Source: a virus
Taxonomy: Duplodnaviria; Heunggongvirae; Uroviricota; Caudoviricetes
DNA length: 17,579 bases
IMG/VR virus record: IMGVR_UViG_2545824714_000011
Coordinates: 1 to 17,579 of that record
Direction: 5' to 3' (one strand)
Part shown: one piece after another, positions 6,124 through 15,836 of the stretch
How positions within the stretch are numbered: the first letter of the stretch is position 1
Layout: each line of letters opens with the position of its first letter
The notes under the pieces: model-generated
Database searches by the model: none
What the model was told of the DNA's origin: nothing
The model's input: the letters and a program-made list of their open reading frames with translations, nothing else
Program-made: the position numbers and the translations under genes

Positions 6124-8781
6124 ATGAGCACGAAATTTAAAACCGTTATCACTACTGCCGGAGCCGCGAAGCTGGCAGCCGCCACTGTCCCCGGCGGGAA
6201 AAAAGTAACTCTGTCTGCAATGGCCGTGGGTGACGGTAATGGCAAATTGCCGGTGCCGGATGCCGGTCAGACGAAACTGGTGCATGAGGTCTGGCGTCAC
6301 GCTCTGAATAAAGTCAGCGTGGATAACAAGAATAAAAACTATATCGTGGCTGAACTGGTTGTACCGCCAGAAGTGGGCGGCTTCTGGATGCGTGAGCTGG
6401 GTCTGTATGACGATGCCGGAACACTGATTGCGGTCGCTAACATGGCGGAAAGCTATAAACCTGAACTCGCTGAAGGCTCCGGGCGCGCGCAGACCTGCCG
6501 CATGGTTATTATTGTCAGCAACGTGGCGTCCGTTGAGCTGAGTATTGATGCCAGCACAGTGATGGCGACGCAGGATTACGTCGATGACAAAATCGCAGAG
6601 CATGAGCAGTCCCGCCGCCATCCTGACGCCACGCTGACAGAAAAAGGTTTTACTCAGTTAAGTAGCGCAACAAACAGCACCAGTGAAGAGCTGGCGGCAA
6701 CGCCAAAGGCAGTAAAAGCAGCCTATGACAATGCTGAAAAACGTATGCAGAAAGACCAGAACGGTGACGATATTCCAGATAAGGGCGCTTTTCTGGACAA
6801 TGTTGGCGTTACCAGCCTGACGTTTATGAAAAACAATGGCGAAATGCCGCTTGATGCTGACTTGAATACATTTGGTCCCGTTAAGGCTTATCTTGGCATC
6901 TGGTCTAAAGCAACATCCACCAACGCAACACTGGAGAAAAATTTCCCGGAAGATAATGCTGTCGGTGTGCTTGAGGTTTTTGCAGCTGGCAATTTTGCAG
7001 GCACGCAACGTTTTATCACGAGAGACGGCAATGTATACATGCGTAAACTCGCCAATAAGTGGAATGGCACTGATGGTCCGTGGGGCGTATGGCGTCACAC
7101 TCAATCAGCTACCCGCCCTTTGAGTACGACTATAGACCTGAATACGCTTGGAGCCGCTGAGCATCTTGGTTTATGGCGTAACAGTAGCTCGGCTATAGCT
7201 TCATATGAACGCAATTATCCAGAGGAAGGCGGCTTTGCTCAGGGGACGCTTGAGATCCTCGAAGGCGGGAATTATGGAAGAACGCAACGTTATACCACTC
7301 GTCGTGGGAATATGTACGTTCGCTGCCTTGCGGCAAGCTGGGATGCATCAAATCCGCAGTGGGAACCGTGGTTAAGAGTCGGTCATCAGTCAGAGAGCCG
7401 TTATTACGAAGGTGATTTGAATGTTCTAACCGACCCCGGTATTTACAGTGTTACAGGAAAGGCGACAAACGGTCCGATGCTGGACGCTGCTGGGGCGACA
7501 TTGCTTGGGATACTGGAAGTAATCAGGCGTTTTGATGGTGTATCTGTCTGGCAGCGTTACACAACCACAGGGAAATCAGAAACCACACAGGGGCGCACTT
7601 TTGAGCGCGTCTACGCCGGGAGCACATGGACCGAATGGCGAGAAGTGTATAACTCCTTTTCGTTGCCCCTGAATATGGGGATCGGTGGCGCAGTGGCAAA
7701 ACTCACCAGCCTGGACTGGCAGACCTACGATTTTGTGCCGGGCAGTCTGATAACCGTTCGGCTTGATAACATGACCAATATTCCCGACGGTATGGACTGG
7801 GGCGTCATTGATGGCAACCTGATAAACATCGCAGTTGGTCCGAGTGATGATTTCGGTACGGGGCGCTCAATGCATGTATGGCGCAGCACTGCAAGTAAAG
7901 CGAATTACCGCTTTTTTATGGTTCGCATTTCAGGAAATCCGGGAAGCCGCACGATTACGACAAGACGTGTGCCAATTATCGACGAAGCTCAGACATGGGC
8001 GGCGAAACAGACATTCAGCGGTGGTCTTTCTGGCGAACTATCCGGCAATGCTGCTACAGCAACAAAGCTGAAAACGGCAAGGACAATTAACGGCGTAAAA
8101 TTTGACGGCTCGGCAAATATTGAAGCGTTTCCGCCAGGTGTTCCGCTGCCGTGGCCATCAGATACGCCACCTGCAGGTTATGCAATCATGCAGGGGCAGA
8201 CGTTTGATAAGGCAGCATATCCGAAACTGGCTATTGCCTATCCTTCTGGTGTTATTCCAGATATGCGCGGCTGGACAATCAAGGGCAAACCCGCCAGTGG
8301 TCGGGCCGTATTGTCTCAGGAACAGGATGGCATTAAATCGCACACCCACAGTGCCAGCGCATCCAGTACGGATTTGGGTACGAAAACCACATCGTCGTTT
8401 GATTACGGTACTAAATCAACGAATAACACTGGTGCACATACCCACAATGTATCTGGTACTGCAAATAGTGCTGGCGCACATACACATACCGTTCCATTAA
8501 GGAGACCAAACAGTGGAGGTATGAATTTCGACTGGCTTGATGGTGCATCAAGTGGCACGGTGGTGGGGAATGGAACTGTGCCTTCTTCTGGCGCACATAC
8601 CCACTCAGTATCAGGTACCGCTACAAGTGCTGGGGCACATGCACACACTGTTGGTATTGGCGCTCATACGCACTCTGTTGCGATTGGTTCACATGGACAC
8701 ACCATCACCGTTAACGCTGCTGGTAACGCGGAAAACACCGTTAAAAACATCGCATTTAATTATATTGTGAGGCTTGCATAA
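6124..8781 (+). CDS. H: Tail fibre protein gpH, mosaic with a His-rich (HxH) repeat C-terminal tip domain
   Basis: 885 aa. N-terminus is P2 gpH-like ([28 protein letters not shown]). C-terminal part has repeated GAHTHxVSGTAxSAGAHxHTV units of the type seen in T4 gp37-like fibre tips. Stop overlaps the G start (TAATG). Confidence 0.9.
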   Translation: MSTKFKTVITTAGAAKLAAATVPGGKKVTLSAMAVGDGNGKLPVPDAGQTKLVHEVWRHALNKVSVDNKNKNYIVAELVVPPEVGGFWMRELGLYDDAGTLIAVANMAESYKPELAEGSGRAQTCRMVIIVSNVASVELSIDASTVMATQDYVDDKIAEHEQSRRHPDATLTEKGFTQLSSATNSTSEELAATPKAVKAAYDNAEKRMQKDQNGDDIPDKGAFLDNVGVTSLTFMKNNGEMPLDADLNTFGPVKAYLGIWSKATSTNATLEKNFPEDNAVGVLEVFAAGNFAGTQRFITRDGNVYMRKLANKWNGTDGPWGVWRHTQSATRPLSTTIDLNTLGAAEHLGLWRNSSSAIASYERNYPEEGGFAQGTLEILEGGNYGRTQRYTTRRGNMYVRCLAASWDASNPQWEPWLRVGHQSESRYYEGDLNVLTDPGIYSVTGKATNGPMLDAAGATLLGILEVIRRFDGVSVWQRYTTTGKSETTQGRTFERVYAGSTWTEWREVYNSFSLPLNMGIGGAVAKLTSLDWQTYDFVPGSLITVRLDNMTNIPDGMDWGVIDGNLINIAVGPSDDFGTGRSMHVWRSTASKANYRFFMVRISGNPGSRTITTRRVPIIDEAQTWAAKQTFSGGLSGELSGNAATATKLKTARTINGVKFDGSANIEAFPPGVPLPWPSDTPPAGYAIMQGQTFDKAAYPKLAIAYPSGVIPDMRGWTIKGKPASGRAVLSQEQDGIKSHTHSASASSTDLGTKTTSSFDYGTKSTNNTGAHTHNVSGTANSAGAHTHTVPLRRPNSGGMNFDWLDGASSGTVVGNGTVPSSGAHTHSVSGTATSAGAHAHTVGIGAHTHSVAIGSHGHTITVNAAGNAENTVKNIAFNYIVRLA

Positions 8782-9398
8782 TGGCATTCAGAATGAGTGA
8801 ACAATCACGTACTGTAAAAATTTATAACCTGCTGGCCGGAACTAATGAGTTTATTGGTGAAGGTGACGCATATATTCCACCTCATACAGGGCTGCCAGCC
8901 AATTCTACAGATATCGCCCCACCGGAAATTCCTGCTGGCTTTGTGGCAGTTTTTAACAGTGAAAATGAATCGTGGAATATTGTTGAAGACCATCGTGGTA
9001 AAACGGTCTATGACGTGGCATCGGGGGACGCGTTGTTTATTTCTGAACCCGGACCGCTACCAGAGAATGTCACCTGGTTGTCGCCAGCAGGGGAGTATCA
9101 GAAGTGGGACGGCGTATCCTGGGTGAAGGATGAGGAAGCAGAAAAACTGTTTCGGATACGGGAAGCGGAAGAGAAAAAGGCAAGGTTGATCCAGGAAGCA
9201 ACAGATAACATCGCAATTCTGCAGGATGCAGTTAATCTTGAAATAGCAACAAACGAGGAAAATTCACAACTGGATTCCTGGAGAAAATACAGAGTATTAG
9301 TGAGTAGAATTGACACCAGTACAGCTCCGGATGTCGTATGGCCAGAGCTGATGAATCAGGGTTATGTGCGGGAGGACGAGCAGATAACTTCAGACTGA
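8781..9398 (+). CDS. G: Tail fibre assembly chaperone gpG (Tfa)
   Basis: 205 aa, directly coupled to H. Conserved Tfa-like C-terminal region ([21 protein letters not shown]). Its 3' end overlaps the convergent acetyltransferase gene by 37 nt. Confidence 0.85.
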   Translation: MAFRMSEQSRTVKIYNLLAGTNEFIGEGDAYIPPHTGLPANSTDIAPPEIPAGFVAVFNSENESWNIVEDHRGKTVYDVASGDALFISEPGPLPENVTWLSPAGEYQKWDGVSWVKDEEAEKLFRIREAEEKKARLIQEATDNIAILQDAVNLEIATNEENSQLDSWRKYRVLVSRIDTSTAPDVVWPELMNQGYVREDEQITSD

Positions 9399-9925
9399 AA
9401 TTTAGTGATGAATGTTGAATCATCTGGAATATCATGCAATACCAATGCATGAGCACCTATTGTGACATTGTTTCCTATACGCACTTTGCCACCAAGAATG
9501 GTGGCATTACAACCAATGGTCACATTATGTCCTATAACAATATCCATATCATTAAAATCACCACGCAGCCCAATAGTTACCCCTGGTTTTATTGAACAAT
9601 TTTCACCGATTGTTACTTTGTGACCGATAACAACACTGTTGAGATAAGAAATATCAAAGCCTTTCCCTATATTTACAGTTAAAGGGACTGTTACATTATA
9701 TTTATCAAGAATGAAACGTTCTATTTTCCCCGCAATCTTCCGACAGTATCCGCCTTTATCAAAAAGGTATTTGGCTATGCGCCACCAAAATAAATAACGA
9801 ACTCTTCTATGTTTTATTGCGCGAACAATTGCCTTTCGCCAGGAGAAAGGACGCTCGCTACCGATTACTTCATAGTGAATACAATCTTTAAGTTCATTAA
9901 TATTCATATCTCTATTATTCAGCAT
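9362..9925 (-). CDS. Hexapeptide-repeat (left-handed beta-helix) O-acetyltransferase, WcaB/CysE-like; moron
   Basis: 187 aa with tandem hexapeptide repeats ([75 protein letters not shown]). Layout parallels colanic-acid acetyltransferase WcaB and serine acetyltransferase. Visibly AT-rich compared with flanking tail genes. No clear Shine-Dalgarno. Confidence 0.8.
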   Translation of the reverse strand: MLNNRDMNINELKDCIHYEVIGSERPFSWRKAIVRAIKHRRVRYLFWWRIAKYLFDKGGYCRKIAGKIERFILDKYNVTVPLTVNIGKGFDISYLNSVVIGHKVTIGENCSIKPGVTIGLRGDFNDMDIVIGHNVTIGCNATILGGKVRIGNNVTIGAHALVLHDIPDDSTFITKFQSEVICSSSRT

Positions 9926-10095
9926 AAGATAATCATGTGACCAATTATTGTAATAATTTTAATGGTATGTTTCTACTGGCTATCCAGCGTGTCTGATGTC
10001 CAGTAACAAATCGTTAACACTGGTGCAATCAAATGGTGAGTGTTAAGACTGGCCACTTATTACCAGGTATGAGGGTATGAGTGGCCAGCATTAAA

Positions 10096-10590
10096 TCAGA
10101 ACAGCCCTTTAACTGAACTGGCCGCGCTGTTAAGGGATGATGTCACTTTATCTTTGAAGCCGGACAGCATATCGCTGAACGATGAGGATTGCAGGCGCTC
10201 CCGCAAATCCTCATCACAGCGTTCAAGGGTCAGTGAAAATTCTATCTTTTTCGCCTTACCGTAGCGATCAAACTCGGAACGGGTCGTATTCGTTTCGGTC
10301 AGGACATACATGCCGTAAATCTGCCCGACGCCATCAATAAGAGGCCAGGGGCGTCCTGTATACGCCTGCGTGGTCAGCAGCGACAGCGACACTTCGCCAC
10401 CTGTAATTTCAGGATAAAGCACACCAGAAAGAACGATGCGATCATCACCTGCACCGATATACTGCCAGCTTGCTGAACGGTTAACGCGTTCATTTTTCAC
10501 ATGCCGCCAGCTTTTGTTTTGCTGTAACTGCTGATGCGGCAGCGTGCGCAGCTCAAAAACAAACATGCCGTAGATCATCATCATGGCCAT
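10096..10590 (-). CDS. U: Tail protein gpU
   Basis: 164 aa. MAMMMIYGMFVFELRTLP...GVLYPEITGG...GMYV resembles P2 gpU as recalled. Follows the tape-measure gene on the minus strand. Confidence 0.85.
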   Translation of the reverse strand: MAMMMIYGMFVFELRTLPHQQLQQNKSWRHVKNERVNRSASWQYIGAGDDRIVLSGVLYPEITGGEVSLSLLTTQAYTGRPWPLIDGVGQIYGMYVLTETNTTRSEFDRYGKAKKIEFSLTLERCDEDLRERLQSSSFSDMLSGFKDKVTSSLNSAASSVKGLF

Positions 10591-10596
10591 GACTCC

Positions 10597-13438
10597 TCAA
10601 TCTTTATCGTAAAAACTGCCACGCCCGGCACGGGCGCGCCGTTCCATTTCTGCCCTGACCATTTCACCGACCAGTTTCGCCAGTTCGCGGGGATTCTGCG
10701 TAACAACGTTATGCAGATGAACATGAATTTCACCACCAAATCCGGAGGCAACAGGCTCCCGGTTACGGGAAGTTACAGGAACTGATGCCACTGGAGATCG
10801 TATGGCCTCCGCCACCGGGCGGGAGCTGGCCGCAACAACAGGGACCAGCGCCGGAGGCAGCGGAGCCGGGACCACGGGTGTGATATTAATTGCGGGGGCA
10901 GGCTTACTGACCTGCGCAATCTTCCGCTCCTGCCACTCTCCACGAACAGCAAGTGCGCGGGGCAGGTTCTTAAAGACAATATCGCCGGGGCCAATGCGTT
11001 TTTTCGTCTCATCAACCAGCTTACCTGTGTTATCAGCAATTTTGCTGAGTCTGCGTAGCGTACCGGTATTGCTGTCTGTGAGCGGTTTGTTGTCTTTGGG
11101 TTTATTACCTCCGGTGCCATTGCCATTTTCCACAGGCTTCGGCGGATTGATTTTCGCAATGTCTCCCTGAAACAAGGCAACCTTGTCCTGAAGAATGGCC
11201 GCACGCTGTGCGTCTTCGATTTTCTTTCTCGCCCTTTCCGCTTCATCCGGAAGGACGCCAAGTTTTTCAAGTATCCACGCCAGCGTATCCAGCAACATTT
11301 TTGCGGGCGTCAGAACAAGCTGTAACGCACCGCCAAGAACGTTACCGAATATCTCGCCAGCACTGGTACATTTATCCAGCGTTTCCTTGCTGGACTCCAT
11401 CGGTGACAGCAGCGATTTAAACCAGTTAAACACCTGGCTGATCCCGCTTCCGATTGTGTCAAAAACAGGACCAAACCGTTCAAAGGTTTCGCGCAACGGG
11501 GCCAGCCGCTCCATAATCCCGCTGAACACCCCGGCATAAAACGCCTTGATGGGATCCCAGTATTTCCAGATAAGAACGGCAGCTCCGGCAAGCGCAGCCA
11601 CGATAAGACCAACCGGACTGAACAACGCCCCGATGGCGCCTCCCAGTAAAGAAACGGAACCCGTCACCATTCCCCACAGCGCAGGCAACACCCTGACGAC
11701 ATTCATTGACCGGGTAAGAATGTCAAAACCAAGACGCAGGGTGGCCAGCTTCCCGTAAAGCACCCCAATAACCAGCGACAACGAGCCAATCGTTGCAGTC
11801 ATTGCCAGCAACGCACCGCCTGCTATCAGTAGCTGGCGCGTCAGTACCGGATGGGCCTGCGCCAGCGCCGTCACCTTTGAGACCACCCGCGTGAGCCACT
11901 GCGTGACAGAACGCAGCGGACCATCAATCAGATCTGCAATGCGGATACGCAGCCCTTCCCATGCACTGCCGAGTGATTTCAGGTCGCCATCAAGGTTATT
12001 GGCCATAACCTTTGCCGTGCGTTCAGCCTCACCGCGTGCGCCCTCAAGTTCTTTTCTCAGTTTGGGCAGGGAGCCGTCCCCCGCCGCATCAACGAGAGCC
12101 ATAAACGACGTGAAAGCCTCTTCCCCGGCAATGTCCTTAAAGAACGATACCCGGTCAACTTCCCCGTATTTACGGGTGGCTTTATAAAGGTCGGCCAGCA
12201 CATCTTCCATCGGGCGCATTTTGCCGTTCGCATCAGAAACTGACACCCCCAGCTCTTTCAGCGCTTCTGCTGCCGCCTTTGGCGGTGATGCCAGACGAGC
12301 CAGGCTGGCACGCATGGCCGTACCAGCATCGCTTCCGCGAAGACCATTATTGGCAAGCACGCCCGCCATCGCTGCGGCCTGCTCAAGCGATACCAAGCTT
12401 ACCCGCAACCGGACCGGCATACTTCATGGTTTCGCCCAGCGCGCGAAAATCAGTATTAGTACGGGTAAACACTGCTGTAAGCGTGTCACCGACCCGGTCC
12501 ATCTGGTCAGCGGAGAGGCCGAACTGCGTCAGGATATTGGAGCCAATATCAGCCGTCTCGCCAAGGTCCACACCACCAGCCAGCGCCATATTAAGAACAC
12601 CGGGCAATGCGGCCTGAATGGCCTGCGGAGTAAAACCAGCCATTGCCAGAAAGCTCTGCCCACTGGCGGCATCACTCGCAGTAAACTGTGTTTCAGAGCC
12701 AAGTTTTAACGCCTGCTCACGCAGCGCCTTAAACTGCGGGCTGTTTTTGTCGATTCGCGTCAGTGCCTGAACGCGGGACATCTCTTTGCCGAACCCGATC
12801 GCAGGCTGCAAAAAACGCCCGGCAGCATAGCCGCCCGCCGTTGCCGCACCAATTGCCAGCGCACCACCTGTTTTCAGTTTTCCCGCTGTTTCCTGCGCGC
12901 GCGAATACCGCTCACGCGCCCGCGTTACACGCGCAAGCGCCTGCCGTTCGCGTTCAAGCTGATTGTTGTACTGTTCGGTGCGTCTGATGGCCTGCTGGAT
13001 GGTGTTATCGCTGCCTGTCAGGGAAATGCCGTGGCGTTTCAGCTCTCCGCCAAGCTCCCGCATTTTCTGAATTTCCCGCGTGCGCGATTCATTCAGGCGT
13101 TCAAGCCGGGTGCTTAACTGCTGCATCAGCTTTTGTTGTTTTTCGCTGAGCACTGTACCCGTGCGTTGTAACTGATTAAGGGCGTTAAGCTGGCGTCGTG
13201 CTTTCAATATGCCAGCATCCGCTTTACTGACAGCGTCACGGGCGCGCTCAAATGAACGCGCCTGACGCTCGAGATTTTTGATCGCCCCCTGCGTTCGCTG
13301 GATGGAGTCACCAAACTGCCCCATCAGGCGGCGGGCGTTTTCGGCAGGCTGGGTCAGCCTGTCAACGGCGCTGAAAGCGACCCGGATATCAAGAGTCTTC
13401 ATTGTCTGCATTCCCGCTGCGAAGTGCCGCCCGCTCAC
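10597..13438 (-). pseudogene. T: Tail tape-measure protein gpT, interrupted by a frameshift (two overlapping ORFs)
   Basis: N-terminal ORF 12383-13438 (351 aa, coiled-coil-rich) and C-terminal ORF 10597-12420 (607 aa, with glycine/alanine-rich membrane-like segment) lie in different frames and overlap at 12383-12420. Read across the junction they would give ...KYAGPVAGKLG / SLEQAAAMAGVLANNG..., a continuous tape-measure-like sequence. True start may be the ATG at 13411 or 13402 rather than the GTG at 13438. Confidence 0.75.
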
Positions 13439-13552
13439 GCCAGCTAACCACTTCGCCGGGCGTCATCATGAAGATTTCGGCGGGCGACCAGTTAAAAATG
13501 GCGGCGATATCTGCCACCAGATCTTCGATGTGCTCAAAGCACACCAGGGTGA

Positions 13553-13927
13553 TTACGCTGCCGTCTCCTGCACGCTCTTCGCGCCAGAGTCTGGCTCGCT
13601 CATAAAATTTACAGCCACAGCGCACAACTGAATAAAATCGCGTGACGACATTTTTTTAATCATCACTTCATCCAGTCGTGGCGAGGTCACGCGAGGCAAC
13701 AGCGTGAACATGGTATCCGCTTTCAGATTCAGCACATCAGACAGCGACAGACCACGCAGGGATCCAGCCTGTTCAATAGCCCCGGTGATCTCCACATACG
13801 TGATTTTTTCGCCACCACGCTCAATTGGTCGGGTCAGTTTTACGCCACGTTCGACAGCCATATCCTCACCTGCCGTCACATCATCCGCCACGGTGTTATT
13901 CCGGGTTTCAGTATCGATGTCTTTCAT
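13553..13927 (-). CDS. E: Tail assembly chaperone gpE, with probable -1 frameshift product E' extending to 13389
   Basis: 124-aa ORF between the tube and tape-measure genes. An A7 run (minus strand, 13651-13657) sits in-frame as AAA AAA A. The -1 frame is open from 13655 down to a stop at 13389-13391, as expected for the conserved chaperone frameshift. Confidence 0.75.
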   Translation of the reverse strand: MKDIDTETRNNTVADDVTAGEDMAVERGVKLTRPIERGGEKITYVEITGAIEQAGSLRGLSLSDVLNLKADTMFTLLPRVTSPRLDEVMIKKMSSRDFIQLCAVAVNFMSEPDSGAKSVQETAA

Positions 13928-13982
13928 CAGTTGTCTCCTTTTCAGTCAGAGGCGACGCACTGCGCCGCCTGCATATTACTTA

Positions 13983-14495
13983 TCAGCCAAGCCCAAGCGC
14001 GGAACGGATGCGATCGGGCACAATGTCCTTGCCGTCCTTCCGGTAAATGAAGTTCAGCAGGTCAATCTCCCACAACGGGCGATCGTTAACACTCAGCTTG
14101 TAGTAGGTGTTTTTAATGGCGTAAGTGTGTGATGTGGCTTCGCCCTGTTTGGCTTCCCCCATATCAATTTCCGTCACGCGTCCGCGCATTTCGACTTCAT
14201 ACAGGTCGCTTTCTGCATCGGTGTAGTATTCACCCGCAAAACGCAGTAGCGTGCCGTCAATCGTGCCGCCATACTTAAGGAACAGCTCACGAACTGCGCC
14301 CCCCATGACAAAGCTCGCATCAAGCGCGGAGTCGTCCAGACCGAGATCAATACTTACCGCACCCATCATGCCACCACCCCGGTAGCTGTCGGTTTTGCGC
14401 GTCAGTTTAGGCAGGGTGACGGACGTCACCTTACCCACTTCGTTTTCACCATCCACAAACAGCGTAAAAAAGCGAAGATGTTTTGGTACAGCCAT
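13983..14495 (-). CDS. FII: Tail tube protein gpFII
   Basis: 170 aa, similar to P2 FII as recalled (VTLPKLTRK...YRGGGM...DLGLDD). Start overlaps the sheath gene stop (TGATG). Confidence 0.9.
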   Translation of the reverse strand: MAVPKHLRFFTLFVDGENEVGKVTSVTLPKLTRKTDSYRGGGMMGAVSIDLGLDDSALDASFVMGGAVRELFLKYGGTIDGTLLRFAGEYYTDAESDLYEVEMRGRVTEIDMGEAKQGEATSHTYAIKNTYYKLSVNDRPLWEIDLLNFIYRKDGKDIVPDRIRSALGLG

Positions 14496-15679
14496 CAGGC
14501 ACCTCCCAGCACCGCAAATGCGGGACCAAAGAATTCATCAGTAAACGACTGGTAAAGCTCCATGTCTTCCAGCGGAGGAACGGGCGTATATTTGTAGCGA
14601 ATACGCACACGCCCCTGACGTAAATTCGTGGTGCTGTTATCCACCACGTCATACCAGCACGACGCCCCAATCAGTTTCCCGGCAGTCACCAGTGAATCCA
14701 GTTTTGCCCTGATGGCACTGATAACATCCTTCACGTTCGCAGGCGTCAGTGGACTATCGATGGTTTCAAACTGCGCTTCCGCAATTGAATCAGCCAGCAC
14801 CTGTGCGGTTCGGGTATACACCTCAAAGATGTAGGCGTTCGTTTCCGGTGTGCGGTTGCCCCAGAAGCGGAACCCGTTGCGACGAATAATGGTCGTGATT
14901 TCTTTGTTGTTGAGGCTGTTGGCATCACTGTCTTCGGCCTGCAACGACCAGAACACATGACTGGACATCCCCAGCACATTTTTAACCGGAACGTTGGACA
15001 GCGATTTGTGCCAACCCTGCTCATGGTCAATGTACGCACGAAGGCCGCACGCATAGGCAGGCGCGGGGAACGTTTCGTTTTTGCCACTTTTCGGGTTGTA
15101 GGCGATGAAGTCCGGCCATAAGAGCATCACCTCACGTTCGTTGAATTTCTGGCGGTAGGTAATCGCCTCAGCCATCGTGTTACAGCCGTGACATGAGGCA
15201 TACACAAACGCGCGCAGTTTACCCGCAATCACGCACAGGGATTTTGTTACCGCCTCCGTGTCCAGCTCCGGCGCGGCCAGAATACGCGGACGGTATCCGA
15301 TGCTTTCATCCTGCTCTGCAACAAGCAGCGCATACATCCCCGTATAGCTGCCGTCAGATTCAGAACCACCGATAACCAGTTGATCCTGCGTTTTTCCGTC
15401 TTCTTCTTTGTGTTCAGCCACGCGAACGACGATCACCTTTGTGCTCACCTGGTCTGCGATGGCCTTAAGCGCACGATAAAGCGTCCCCGTTGTCCCGCAT
15501 TTTCCCAGCACGTCATTGACGCGGGTCAGCAGTGTGGGCTTGTTCAGCGGGAACAGCTTCGCGTCCGCATCATCCGCCGTTGCCACGATACCGATAACAC
15601 TGGAATCAACATCATTAATCGCTGTTACCAGGTCGGTATTTTCCGTAACACGGGCACCATGAAAACGAGTTTCACTCAT
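14495..15679 (-). CDS. FI: Contractile tail sheath protein gpFI
   Basis: 394 aa, similar to P2 FI as recalled (FPLNKP...KLRAF...WPDF...DHEQGWHKSLSNV...IRRNGFRFWGNRT...YTRTAQV...YTPVPPLE). GGGG Shine-Dalgarno upstream. Confidence 0.9.
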   Translation of the reverse strand: MSETRFHGARVTENTDLVTAINDVDSSVIGIVATADDADAKLFPLNKPTLLTRVNDVLGKCGTTGTLYRALKAIADQVSTKVIVVRVAEHKEEDGKTQDQLVIGGSESDGSYTGMYALLVAEQDESIGYRPRILAAPELDTEAVTKSLCVIAGKLRAFVYASCHGCNTMAEAITYRQKFNEREVMLLWPDFIAYNPKSGKNETFPAPAYACGLRAYIDHEQGWHKSLSNVPVKNVLGMSSHVFWSLQAEDSDANSLNNKEITTIIRRNGFRFWGNRTPETNAYIFEVYTRTAQVLADSIAEAQFETIDSPLTPANVKDVISAIRAKLDSLVTAGKLIGASCWYDVVDNSTTNLRQGRVRIRYKYTPVPPLEDMELYQSFTDEFFGPAFAVLGGA

Positions 15680-15836
15680 AGCTTCAGCCCCTTGTATCCG
15701 TTAAATGATTCGGCAACAATCATCACCCACCACGCGCGTAATCTCACCCCTGCGCCGTTCTCTCGCCACGGCGACAACAAAAAGCAGTAACCCCCTCCGC
15801 ACGCACATGCGACCATGCCGCACAGGGAGGGAACAG

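Noticed and set aside
8340-8712. Possible CRISPR-like array suggested by repeated about 60-nt units
   Set aside because: The repeats are imperfect, lie in-frame within the tail-fibre coding sequence and encode the HxH protein repeats. There is no repeat-spacer structure and no cas gene.
6094-8770. ORFs overlapping the tail-fibre gene on either strand (e.g. 6094-6621, 6658-7104, 8102-8500, 8403-8648)
   Set aside because: Embedded in or antisense to gpH, which has clear family resemblance and operon coupling. No independent support.
10049-10088. Inverted repeat CTGGCCAC ... GTGGCCAG just downstream of gpU as a terminator
   Set aside because: The 8-bp stem has a roughly 24-nt loop and no U-rich tract follows on the minus strand. 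Too weak to call an intrinsic terminator.
10534-13631. Plus- and minus-strand ORFs nested in the tape-measure and gpU region (e.g. 10773-11270, 10802-11170, 11195-11539, 11891-12187, 12221-12709, 13278-13631)
   Set aside because: Alternate-frame or antisense ORFs inside a long GC-rich structural gene; the translations are low-complexity (Ser/Pro/Ala/Arg-rich). The tape-measure reading is far better supported.
9362-15679. Possibility that the inverted block is a programmed invertible segment (Gin/Cin/Pin-type switch)
   Set aside because: No serine-invertase gene in the window and no obvious inverted repeats seen by eye at the block ends. Known invertible segments flip fibre genes, not sheath, tube and tape-measure genes. 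Treated as a fixed rearrangement pending comparison.
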